Part shown: positions 1 to 6,988 of the stretch, in pieces
Position numbering within the stretch: the first letter of the stretch is position 1
Layout of the letters: every line of letters starts with the position of its first letter
Origin: a virus
Lineage: Duplodnaviria > Caudoviricetes
Direction: 5' to 3' (one strand)
Length of the DNA stretch: 37,671 nucleotides
Virus record (IMG/VR): IMGVR_UViG_3300020045_005281
Span: 1 to 37,671 of that record
The notes under the pieces: generated by a model
What the model was told of the DNA's origin: nothing
Database searches by the model: none
Seen by the model: the letters and a program-made list of their open reading frames with translations, nothing else
Program-made: the position numbers and the translations under genes

Positions 1-121
1 CTCTCCCCCGAAGTGCTGTTCCCTTGTCCGCATTGCGGAAGCGAGAAGCTTACAGGACCGCTACTGAATGACTCGTCTGATCATAGGAAGTATTGGGACG
101 TGTGGATTTCTTGTGATGCCT
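1..121. repeat. Terminal direct repeat, copy 1 (assembly overlap of a circular genome)
   Basis: Identical to 37551-37671; an ORF reads through the junction. Confidence 0.97.
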
Positions 122-1203
122 GCCCCGCAAGTATGACTGTGGATTCAGAGCACCTAAAAGACGCTGTAGAAGCGTGGAACAAGCGAGCATCAGTACCGCC
201 GAGTGATTACAGCGGGCTAGTTTCTGAAATCAACGGCGCTATATCGCTGTCGAAAACGAATTGGACACAAGCCTACGCTGTAACTCAGTTCGTCAGGCTG
301 CTGCGCGATTGCCAGATCGCCCTCACTGCGCAACAACCGGTCGAACCACCAAAAAGTCAATGCCCGTTAGGTGCAACGACTCACAACGTAATGATGGAAG
401 AACGGCGCGAATGCCCCGGTTGCAATGCTCGCGAACCAACACCTAGCCAGCCGATTGATACCAAGCAATGGCACTCGCTTTATTTTGATCCTGCCATTAA
501 CCAGCGATGTGGGCAGCTCGGAGCCATGATCCACATTGTGGACGACTGCGGCAAGCCGCTGACTGGCGGCTACCATTCGATTCGATTGGAGAATGGAACG
601 CTATACGGCACGGTAGGCGCGCTTGAATCAGTGGTTAGGCTTTCTGGCGAACCAAGTTGTGACCACGATTGGCTGATGAGCGAAAACAAAGACACCGGCT
701 ATTGCACTAAGTGCCGGGTCGATAGAAGCGAAGTCGAACCACGCAAAGCTCCGCACGAGCGCGAGCCACCGCACTGCTCTACTTGTGAGTGTGGAGTCGA
801 GGTCGAACCGCGAGAAAGCCAAGCGGTATCCGCTCTTCGATTACTTGTGAATCAGTTCAAGCAATGGGGCGAAGTGAATAGCGACCATATCTACGTTGCC
901 GAGGTTGCGTTGCAAACTCCAGTCGAACCGCAGACATCTGGCTTTATGCGATGTGTGTTCGCCGGTCAGCCGCCGATTGGCTTTGATAACTGGGAATCGT
1001 GGATGCAGGCCCCGATAAAGACCGGCGCATTTATTAGGGCCGACCATGTAGAGGACTGGGAGCGAGCTGGTGATGTTCGGCCAGTAGTCGAGCCAGACAC
1101 TGGTCCGCTGTGTACTTGCGTAACGTCATTCACAAACGGGCACGAAGCTAATTGCCCGCGAGCTAAATGGCTCTCAGGCGAGACATCAGGAAGCCAGCCG
1201 TGA
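13..1203 (+). CDS. Mosaic accessory protein with N-terminal Lar-like (restriction alleviation) zinc finger; true start is ATG 37539 across the circular junction
   Basis: PCPHCGS...CDAC...AVEAWNKRA matches the Lar pattern; further CxxC micro-domains separated by VEP linkers; ATG 37539 is in frame and overlaps the upstream stop (ATGA). Confidence 0.75.
   Translation: MLFPCPHCGSEKLTGPLLNDSSDHRKYWDVWISCDACPASMTVDSEHLKDAVEAWNKRASVPPSDYSGLVSEINGAISLSKTNWTQAYAVTQFVRLLRDCQIALTAQQPVEPPKSQCPLGATTHNVMMEERRECPGCNAREPTPSQPIDTKQWHSLYFDPAINQRCGQLGAMIHIVDDCGKPLTGGYHSIRLENGTLYGTVGALESVVRLSGEPSCDHDWLMSENKDTGYCTKCRVDRSEVEPRKAPHEREPPHCSTCECGVEVEPRESQAVSALRLLVNQFKQWGEVNSDHIYVAEVALQTPVEPQTSGFMRCVFAGQPPIGFDNWESWMQAPIKTGAFIRADHVEDWERAGDVRPVVEPDTGPLCTCVTSFTNGHEANCPRAKWLSGETSGSQP
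1187..1203 (+). repeat. Degenerate copy of gene-junction repeat (CAGGAAGCCAGCCGTGA)
   Basis: 14/17 identity to the copies at 2078 and 2509, same position relative to the GTGA stop/start overlap. Confidence 0.7.
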
Positions 1204-1418
1204 AGCTAGACGAATTGATAGACCATATTAGCGGCCTTCGCTATCCGACTAAGGACGCTGCGCAAGCGGTGGAGTGGCTGAAGTGGTGCCGTGACTCTGC
1301 AATACCTGCGCTTGAAGCGATGAGTCTATCGGGAAGGTCCGCAATTAGAACGCGGTGCTCAACCGCATTGAGCAAACAACCTTTGAACACCGGAGCATCT
1401 AATGGAAACTTGGGTTGA
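1200..1418 (+). CDS. Hypothetical protein
   Basis: GTG start overlaps the upstream TGA; AGGA Shine-Dalgarno. Confidence 0.6.
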   Translation: MKLDELIDHISGLRYPTKDAAQAVEWLKWCRDSAIPALEAMSLSGRSAIRTRCSTALSKQPLNTGASNGNLG

Positions 1419-1650
1419 TATAACTACAGCATGGCTCGTGGCATCGGAGCGCGGCGAGATCGGTGAGACTGGCACAATCTTTACGACTCGCCACGAGGCG
1501 GTAGAGTATGCCAAGAAGTCTACGACGCAATGGAGCTTTCCGTTCCGCGTGTATCGAGTGGTGCTTGAGGGCGTTGCCGTTAATCAAGAATCGGTGTTCG
1601 CTCCGGTGGTATCAAACAAACGATCTTCGGGTGAGACTGATGGGCAATAA
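1402..1650 (+). CDS. Hypothetical protein
   Basis: GGAG upstream; fits the packed operon. Confidence 0.6.
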   Translation: METWVDITTAWLVASERGEIGETGTIFTTRHEAVEYAKKSTTQWSFPFRVYRVVLEGVAVNQESVFAPVVSNKRSSGETDGQ

Positions 1651-1864
1651 ACATTTAACAGCTCGCGATGCGTGGAAGCGGTACAGCAGCGGGCGCGGCT
1701 TCTATTTTCTGTATGACCATCGCAACCCGCGCACTAGGCCATTGGTTGAAAGCGGTAGCTACGGTGTTGTGCAGTTGTGCTGCATCGAGAATACCGCCCG
1801 CGCTGCCTTCATGGCTGGCGTGCGCGCGGGCAAACGATTGTCTGGCAAGGGAGAAACTAAGTGA
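1640..1864 (+). CDS. Hypothetical protein
   Basis: Internal ATG (MGNKHL) of ORF 1508-1864 with GGTGAG upstream; stop overlaps the next start. Confidence 0.55.
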   Translation: MGNKHLTARDAWKRYSSGRGFYFLYDHRNPRTRPLVESGSYGVVQLCCIENTARAAFMAGVRAGKRLSGKGETK

Positions 1865-2094
1865 CCGACGCCGACTTGATCTATGCAGCCGAAAACCCCT
1901 TGCCGCCGATCAGCATTGCTGACGCCTGTACCAAATACGGTATTGAGCGCAAGACGCTTATAGGCCGCATCATGCGCAACGAATTGAAAGACCCTATTAC
2001 CGTGAGCGGCAACGCTGAAGATCCTGATTCCGTGATGATCGCGGACGACTGGCGCTTGCAAGCATTGGACACTGCGGGAGGAAGTCAGTCGTGA
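1861..2094 (+). CDS. Small protein, possible HTH/excisionase-like DNA-binding domain
   Basis: ISIADACTKYGIERKTLIGRI resembles an HTH. Confidence 0.5.
   Translation: MTDADLIYAAENPLPPISIADACTKYGIERKTLIGRIMRNELKDPITVSGNAEDPDSVMIADDWRLQALDTAGGSQS
2078..2094 (+). repeat. 17-bp gene-junction direct repeat GAGGAAGTCAGTCGTGA
   Basis: Exact copy at 2509-2525; contains SD plus overlapping GTG/TGA. Confidence 0.9.
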
Positions 2095-2525
2095 AGGCCA
2101 TCACCATTTGCCAGCCATACGCTGAATTGATCGCTTGCGGCGAAAAGCGTGTGGAGAATCGGACCTGGCAGACTAGCCACCGGGGGCCGATCTACATTCA
2201 TGCAGGAAAAAGCAGAGAGTGGCTTGATGTCGTTTGGGAGGGTGAATACGAGATTGACAGGCCGACAGGCTTCTATCTTTCAACGCTGGACTTTGGTGCA
2301 GTAATTGCGACCGCTGACGTGATCGACTGCTTGCCAGCGAAGGAAATACTAAGCGGCGCATGCGACGAGCAATATCCTTGGCTTCGCGCACACAAGCACG
2401 TCAACGGGCCGTACTGTTGGGTTTTAGATAGAGTGCGCAGGCTCGAAAAGCCTTTCACATATCGTGGTGCGCAAGGTCTTTTCTACATCGAGCAATCTGC
2501 CACATCGAGAGGAAGTCAGTCGTGA
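2091..2525 (+). CDS. ASCH domain protein
   Basis: KAITICQPYAELIACGEKRVENRTW..HRGPIYIHAGK and C-terminal RGAQGLF are ASCH signatures. Confidence 0.9.
   Translation: MKAITICQPYAELIACGEKRVENRTWQTSHRGPIYIHAGKSREWLDVVWEGEYEIDRPTGFYLSTLDFGAVIATADVIDCLPAKEILSGACDEQYPWLRAHKHVNGPYCWVLDRVRRLEKPFTYRGAQGLFYIEQSATSRGSQS
2509..2525 (+). repeat. 17-bp gene-junction direct repeat, second exact copy
   Basis: Identical to 2078-2094. Confidence 0.9.
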
Positions 2526-2728
2526 GCAAGTGCGGGCATAAAGCCTTCGACGAAAAGTGCGGATGGTGCAGGCTGTCTTGGAAGAAAGACGAAATGCACG
2601 ACATGCACCGCGCTTTCAAGAAGGTGATGGATATCAATCGGGAGCTTTATGCATTGCGAGGCGAAGACCCATTGATAAATGAAAAACTGAATGAAGCGAT
2701 ACGGATCGCAGATGCGTGGGATGCATGA
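2522..2728 (+). CDS. Hypothetical protein (Cys-rich N-terminus)
   Basis: Coupled start and stop overlaps. Confidence 0.6.
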   Translation: MSKCGHKAFDEKCGWCRLSWKKDEMHDMHRAFKKVMDINRELYALRGEDPLINEKLNEAIRIADAWDA

Positions 2729-3018
2729 ACGATTACAAACGATGGTGCGACATTATCGCAATGACCCCTGGCCGTGACGCGGTTGTAGTGAAGCTGGCGA
2801 GCCAGAAGGATTTAGCGAAGGCTCGCGAATCGATCATGAAGAATTCCCCGATTAAAGAGCGGGCTGGAATTGTTGCGAGGCACAAGTCAGCTAGACCAAA
2901 GCCAGAAAACCCGGCATTCCAGAACACGCACCACGATCTCGGGCGGCTCATTGAGATAGACGATGAGCTTATTTCGGCGCTGATTGAGCGGATTAAAATA
3001 CTTGATAGTAGGGCTTGA
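2725..3018 (+). CDS. Hypothetical protein
   Basis: ATGA overlap with the upstream gene. Confidence 0.55.
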   Translation: MNDYKRWCDIIAMTPGRDAVVVKLASQKDLAKARESIMKNSPIKERAGIVARHKSARPKPENPAFQNTHHDLGRLIEIDDELISALIERIKILDSRA

Positions 3019-3044
3019 CACCCTATAGGGTTATGGGGCCTAAT
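3015..3044 (+). promoter_or_regulatory. Putative sigma70 promoter with palindromic operator ACCCTATAGGGT (3020-3031)
   Basis: TTGACA-N18-CCTAAT in an intergenic gap; perfect 12-bp palindrome in the spacer. Confidence 0.5.
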
Positions 3045-3073
3045 AGAGCCACCTAACCAACTGGAGAAAGGCC

Positions 3074-3334
3074 ATGATGAGCGTAGCGGAAATCAGCGGA
3101 GTACTTTGCATAATCGACGGTCGCACCCCAAAGCCTTTGACCGTAAAGCGCGCCTTTCGCATGGGCGTAGATGCTTGCCGGTCGCAAGATATCGAAAACC
3201 CTTTTGCGTATGACGAGCCACGCGAGGGTGAGTTTTACGAAGCGTGGAACGAAGGCCACGAGAGTGAGCAAGAGCGCATGGGCGATGAATACGCGGACTA
3301 TTGCGATCCGTCCATGCGGGACTTGTACGAATGA
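3074..3334 (+). CDS. Acidic hypothetical protein
   Basis: GGAG SD; D/E-rich C-terminus. Confidence 0.6.
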   Translation: MMSVAEISGVLCIIDGRTPKPLTVKRAFRMGVDACRSQDIENPFAYDEPREGEFYEAWNEGHESEQERMGDEYADYCDPSMRDLYE

Positions 3335-3522
3335 CCGCCGCCCAACTTCAGAAGCTGCTAGACCGCGCTGGACTGTCACAGCGCGGCGCAGCTAAGGCCA
3401 TTGGTATCAACGAGCGGACCATGCGCAAGTACGTGGCGGGAGAGTCCGCTATCCCGTTAACAGTGGAATACGCGCTGCGGTGGGTTATCTCGCAACAATC
3501 TATCAATGGACGGGATAGCTAA
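3331..3522 (+). CDS. XRE/Cro-family HTH transcriptional regulator
   Basis: AGLSQRGAAKAIGINERTMRKYVAGESAIP; ATGA overlap at 3331. Confidence 0.85.
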   Translation: MTAAQLQKLLDRAGLSQRGAAKAIGINERTMRKYVAGESAIPLTVEYALRWVISQQSINGRDS

Positions 3523-3755
3523 TGAGCATGCCTCGCATGACGTATTGCCAATACTGCGGCTCACCGCCAAATGCTGGACCGGAAGCGCTCAAGTGGATGC
3601 CTGCGCGGCGTTTGGATCAAGAGGCGTTGGATGCTTCGCCTGAACTGCGCGGCAAAAATGCCGTTGTCCTTTACTTTGAAACGGACGCGGATCGTGAGGA
3701 ATTTGTCGCGCTTGTGAAGCTTGCGAAACCTGGCATGCGCGCCGTGAACATTTGA
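3522..3755 (+). CDS. Hypothetical protein
   Basis: TAATG coupling; CxxC near the N-terminus. Confidence 0.55.
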   Translation: MSMPRMTYCQYCGSPPNAGPEALKWMPARRLDQEALDASPELRGKNAVVLYFETDADREEFVALVKLAKPGMRAVNI

Positions 3756-3967
3756 CAGCGCAGCCAATAGCCATGAAAGTAAATAGCTTCACAAAGTCAG
3801 CGCTAGCCTTTCGTCGAGAGGAAAGGCGATTAACGAAGCTAGGCTATCGACGCCATGAAACAGACTGGGAATTACATCGCGGTGGCCGTGAGAAGGAAAT
3901 TATCATCGATGCGCGCATAAGCTGTAATGGTAAGTACGTCTATACACTAATTGGAAATCCGCAATGA
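3752..3967 (+). CDS. Hypothetical protein
   Basis: Fills the operon; stop overlaps the next ATG; start uncertain. Confidence 0.5.
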   Translation: MTAQPIAMKVNSFTKSALAFRREERRLTKLGYRRHETDWELHRGGREKEIIIDARISCNGKYVYTLIGNPQ

Positions 3968-4146
3968 AATCCTACACCGACGACCAAATCGCCTCGCTAA
4001 TCGCGCACCTAGACGACGATCGAGCGCTCTGCCGGCACGACATCGGCGGCGAGTTGTCAGACGTCTTGCGCTTTCTAGTGCGCAAGGTTCACTATCTAGA
4101 CTCGCTTGTACCGTCGAGGAACCATGAACAATTATCTGCGCCGTAA
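3964..4146 (+). CDS. Hypothetical protein
   Basis: ATGA coupling. Confidence 0.5.
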   Translation: MKSYTDDQIASLIAHLDDDRALCRHDIGGELSDVLRFLVRKVHYLDSLVPSRNHEQLSAP

Positions 4147-4221
4147 TTACCGAAAGCCGACGCGCCGAAAGGATACGATCGGCGGCATTGTTGACTATAA
4201 AAAACTGATGGAGTTGCAACC

Positions 4222-4515
4222 ATGTCGAGAACCAAAAATAAGCGAGACAACAACGAGGGACCACTTATTGAACTTGCCAGCCGACTTGGGTGGACCTTCT
4301 GGCAGATGATCGAGCCAGCCGACTGGATCGCATTGCGTCGCGGCGTTTGGTATATCGTGGAAATAAAGAACCCGGATTGCGAAGGCCATGCCGACGAATT
4401 CACGCCGCAGCAAAAGATTTTTCACACCGATGTCAAGGCGCGTGGTGGTAAGGTTCTTATATGGCGCCGAGATTCGGACGTTATTCGCGATTCCAATGCG
4501 AGGCAATCAGCATGA
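4222..4515 (+). CDS. VRR-NUC / PD-(D/E)xK nuclease (resolvase-like)
   Basis: KRDNNE...D..LRRGVWYIVEIK...TPQQKIF pattern. Confidence 0.8.
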   Translation: MSRTKNKRDNNEGPLIELASRLGWTFWQMIEPADWIALRRGVWYIVEIKNPDCEGHADEFTPQQKIFHTDVKARGGKVLIWRRDSDVIRDSNARQSA

Positions 4516-4877
4516 ACGGCAAGCAATTCGCACCAAAATACCCGTACGGCCCGAAGCCTGAGCCATCCGCGTCATTCAGTTACGACCATAACCGTTGTCG
4601 CGACTGGTACGACAAATGGCTAAGCCGCGGCGGTACGGTGGCGCGAGATTCAGTCTATATAGAGCGCGCGCGCGATATGCCAGACTTGCGGCCGACTGAA
4701 GACAGGCGCCGCTTTATAGCGCTTGAATGGAAACTGCGAAAGCAGCGCAGCGAAATAAGACTCAGCGCATTACGCGCTGAGATTCATGGCGATCTAACTA
4801 ATATTGTGCCGTTTAGGGAGCGGCGGCGATCGCATCCCGAAGGCGCTGCGTCGAAGCATCAGACGCATCGAGAATAG
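4512..4877 (+). CDS. Hypothetical protein (last plus-strand gene)
   Basis: ATGA overlap at 4512; 3' end overlaps a convergent minus-strand gene. Confidence 0.45.
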   Translation: MNGKQFAPKYPYGPKPEPSASFSYDHNRCRDWYDKWLSRGGTVARDSVYIERARDMPDLRPTEDRRRFIALEWKLRKQRSEIRLSALRAEIHGDLTNIVPFRERRRSHPEGAASKHQTHRE

Positions 4878-5001
4878 AGGTCCATTCATCGGCTGATAGG
4901 GTGTCGCGTCCTTCGTCCTTGGCCTTAGAAATAACCGCAGAGATTTGCGCAGACTGAGCAATTAGCGCGAGCAATAGAGAAATGGCTGCGTCGATTTTCA
5001 T
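4813..5001 (-). CDS. Small helical protein downstream of the lysis lipoprotein
   Basis: ATGA coupling to the upstream gene; hydrophobic N-terminus. Confidence 0.65.
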   Translation of the reverse strand: MKIDAAISLLLALIAQSAQISAVISKAKDEGRDTLSADEWTSILDASDASTQRLRDAIAAAP

Positions 5002-5333
5002 TTGTGCGCCCTCAAGTAGTCTTGCAATTGGGTGAGAATGTTGACCGCCAGCGTCAATCGTCCTTCAGCGGTCGCCGGGTCGCCTGCATTGTTTGCTAGC
5101 CTGGCCGCATCTAAAAGCGTACGCGCATCGGTGCTTGACTTGAACACAAATTCAGCATCGCTCTTTTTGATAGAGCCGACAGAAAGCGCCGATGCTGCAG
5201 CATTATTAACAGCAGTTTGCACGCCTACCGCATAGGCAATGCGCTGATCGAGGCTCTTTGCCTCTTGCAGTCCCAATGACTGACAAGCGGCAAGCAAAAA
5301 GAGCAGTAGAAAAGTCGTTGCATATTTATACAT
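4998..5333 (-). CDS. Lipoprotein in the lysis cassette (possible spanin-like role)
   Basis: Start re-assigned to MYKYATTFLLLFLLAAC, a signal peptide with LAAC lipobox. Confidence 0.75.
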   Translation of the reverse strand: MYKYATTFLLLFLLAACQSLGLQEAKSLDQRIAYAVGVQTAVNNAAASALSVGSIKKSDAEFVFKSSTDARTLLDAARLANNAGDPATAEGRLTLAVNILTQLQDYLRAHK

Positions 5334-5559
5334 TTGGTGGCTCCGATGGCGAAGGTTTGGACGGCTGCCGCATATTTTTCCATGCGACATAGAAAACGAC
5401 TGACAGCAATGTGCCGAATGCCGACTCAAAACCAGCAGCCATATAAATTTTGAATGATGCGAGGCCGATCACTATGCTAGAGGCTAATGATCCGCCAGCG
5501 ATTTGCGCAAGCGTTCCCTCAAGTATTCCCTGACCCTTCGACATTGTTTCATCTGCCAT
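5326..5559 (-). CDS. Putative holin
   Basis: Two hydrophobic segments, charged tail, adjacent to the endolysin. Confidence 0.6.
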   Translation of the reverse strand: MADETMSKGQGILEGTLAQIAGGSLASSIVIGLASFKIYMAAGFESAFGTLLSVVFYVAWKNMRQPSKPSPSEPPNV

Positions 5560-5567
5560 AAATCCCC

Positions 5568-5960
5568 CTATGCGCGCTTAAAATCTGGCGTGATCGAGTA
5601 GTGGTTGAAATCCTTTCGAGCGAAGTCACCGCCCCATCGATAATCTATCCCTAGTTTTTTCCACCATTCGCCTATCTGTTCGTGCCCTTCGCCATCGGTG
5701 ATAAAGCGACCGTCCTTGAATAGATTCAAATCGATTGCGAGGCGTTCGATATGCAGACTTGTCGAAGTGCCGATACCGTTTGCAGCATTCCATTTCGCTT
5801 GCTCAGGCGTGCGCCATGCTTCTCCTAAGGTAATCTCATAGCCAAGCGAGTATGCGTATTGAATTAATCTCGACACATCGAGCGCAAAGCGTGATTGTTT
5901 TTGCCTCAATGTCTCTGGCGCGCGCTGTGTACTTACTACGTCGTCATCATCGCGGCTCAT
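5568..5960 (-). CDS. Endolysin, M15 family zinc peptidase (L-Ala-D-Glu peptidase type)
   Basis: SLHIERLAIDLN (SxH-x6-D), WGGDF and DFNHYS motifs. Confidence 0.9.
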   Translation of the reverse strand: MSRDDDDVVSTQRAPETLRQKQSRFALDVSRLIQYAYSLGYEITLGEAWRTPEQAKWNAANGIGTSTSLHIERLAIDLNLFKDGRFITDGEGHEQIGEWWKKLGIDYRWGGDFARKDFNHYSITPDFKRA

Positions 5961-6253
5961 TTCTTATGCTCCTGTGATTGTTCAAGCACGGCTAACTTGT
6001 TGTAGGCATCATCTATATGGTTTTTCAACACTCGAATTTGCGCTTGCGTTTCAGTCTCTCGTTCTTTGCTGTGCCATACTGTGCCGATCGTAACGGCGAC
6101 GCATGCAGCACAAATTGCGGCGCATAAAGCGGTAACTAAAACAGTCTTTCCGTTATCTATCTGGATCACTTGCGCCGATTGTCCGCGCGCTTCAGCACGA
6201 AAACCTGGCGGCAAAGATGGAATGTCGCCCATAGGTATAGATAGCGGATTCAT
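5957..6253 (-). CDS. Single-TM membrane protein with coiled-coil tail
   Basis: Hydrophobic stretch VLVTALCAAICAACVAVTIGTVW. Confidence 0.65.
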   Translation of the reverse strand: MNPLSIPMGDIPSLPPGFRAEARGQSAQVIQIDNGKTVLVTALCAAICAACVAVTIGTVWHSKERETETQAQIRVLKNHIDDAYNKLAVLEQSQEHKK

Positions 6254-6570
6254 CGCCGCCCACTCTCAATAATGGTCAAGCGTTTTTCATGATCGACAAC
6301 GGCGCGCGTATTATTTTCTACCGTTCTAGCCTGAAATTCGAGTTGCACATTGCTGCGGGCAAAAGCAAGATTCAGATTGTCTATGCTATTTGCCATCCAA
6401 GCCATAGACAATATTGCGCCGCTACCAACTAAACCAAGCATCCAAGTCTGAACCTTTGACACGCGCGGGTCTTGGATTCTTATGTTGGCCCCATGAGCGC
6501 TTGCTAACGCCGAAACAATGCGATCGATGTCCTGTGAGCTTAGAACAGCCGGTCGCGTTGGCTCATTCAT
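6250..6570 (-). CDS. Single-TM membrane protein with coiled-coil tail (holin-like)
   Basis: TM segment followed by heptads ending DHEKRLTIIE. Confidence 0.65.
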   Translation of the reverse strand: MNEPTRPAVLSSQDIDRIVSALASAHGANIRIQDPRVSKVQTWMLGLVGSGAILSMAWMANSIDNLNLAFARSNVQLEFQARTVENNTRAVVDHEKRLTIIESGRR

Positions 6571-6752
6571 GACGATGCGCCGACCTGCTCTACATTGCTT
6601 GGCGCGTCTTTATTCTCCACCACATTTGGCACTGTAGAGAAGTGTTCCGAGAGCTTCCTTAAAAGCTGATCAACTGCCGCCGCCTCATCCATATTTTTGA
6701 GAGGCGCGCGACGCGCTATGGTGATAATAGCGGCAATTTCCTGCTGATTCAT
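6567..6752 (-). CDS. Hypothetical protein (possible fibre assembly helper)
   Basis: Coupled ORF downstream of the tail fibre. Confidence 0.55.
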   Translation of the reverse strand: MNQQEIAAIITIARRAPLKNMDEAAAVDQLLRKLSEHFSTVPNVVENKDAPSNVEQVGASS

Positions 6753-6988
6753 GGCGACACCACCTTTTCGATAGACCCAGATAGCGCAATATCAGAACTA
6801 ACTGGCTTTTTCCTTGGCTCGACTTTTACTGTAGCTGGCTCGCTATCAATAAATGCGATCAACTGATCCAGTTCTATAATTCGATCTTGCGCAAGCAATA
6901 ATCGTGCCCTTTCATCTTTATAAGCGTTAAGTCTCGCCTCAAGTTCTGCGCGCATTTCTTTTGCGATTATGTCTTCAGGGGTTGCCAT
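6749..6988 (-). CDS. Coiled-coil hypothetical protein
   Basis: Starts directly after the fibre stop codon. Confidence 0.55.
   Translation of the reverse strand: MATPEDIIAKEMRAELEARLNAYKDERARLLLAQDRIIELDQLIAFIDSEPATVKVEPRKKPVSSDIALSGSIEKVVSP

Noticed and set aside
1-121. Terminal repeat as a biological direct terminal repeat
   Set aside because: Exact 121-bp overlap cutting through a gene is typical of assembler circularisation; a P22-like terminase implies headful packaging.
340-2525. Short repeats as a CRISPR array or integron attC sites
   Set aside because: Repeats are short, irregularly spaced, non-palindromic and inside coding frames; no cas or integron integrase genes.
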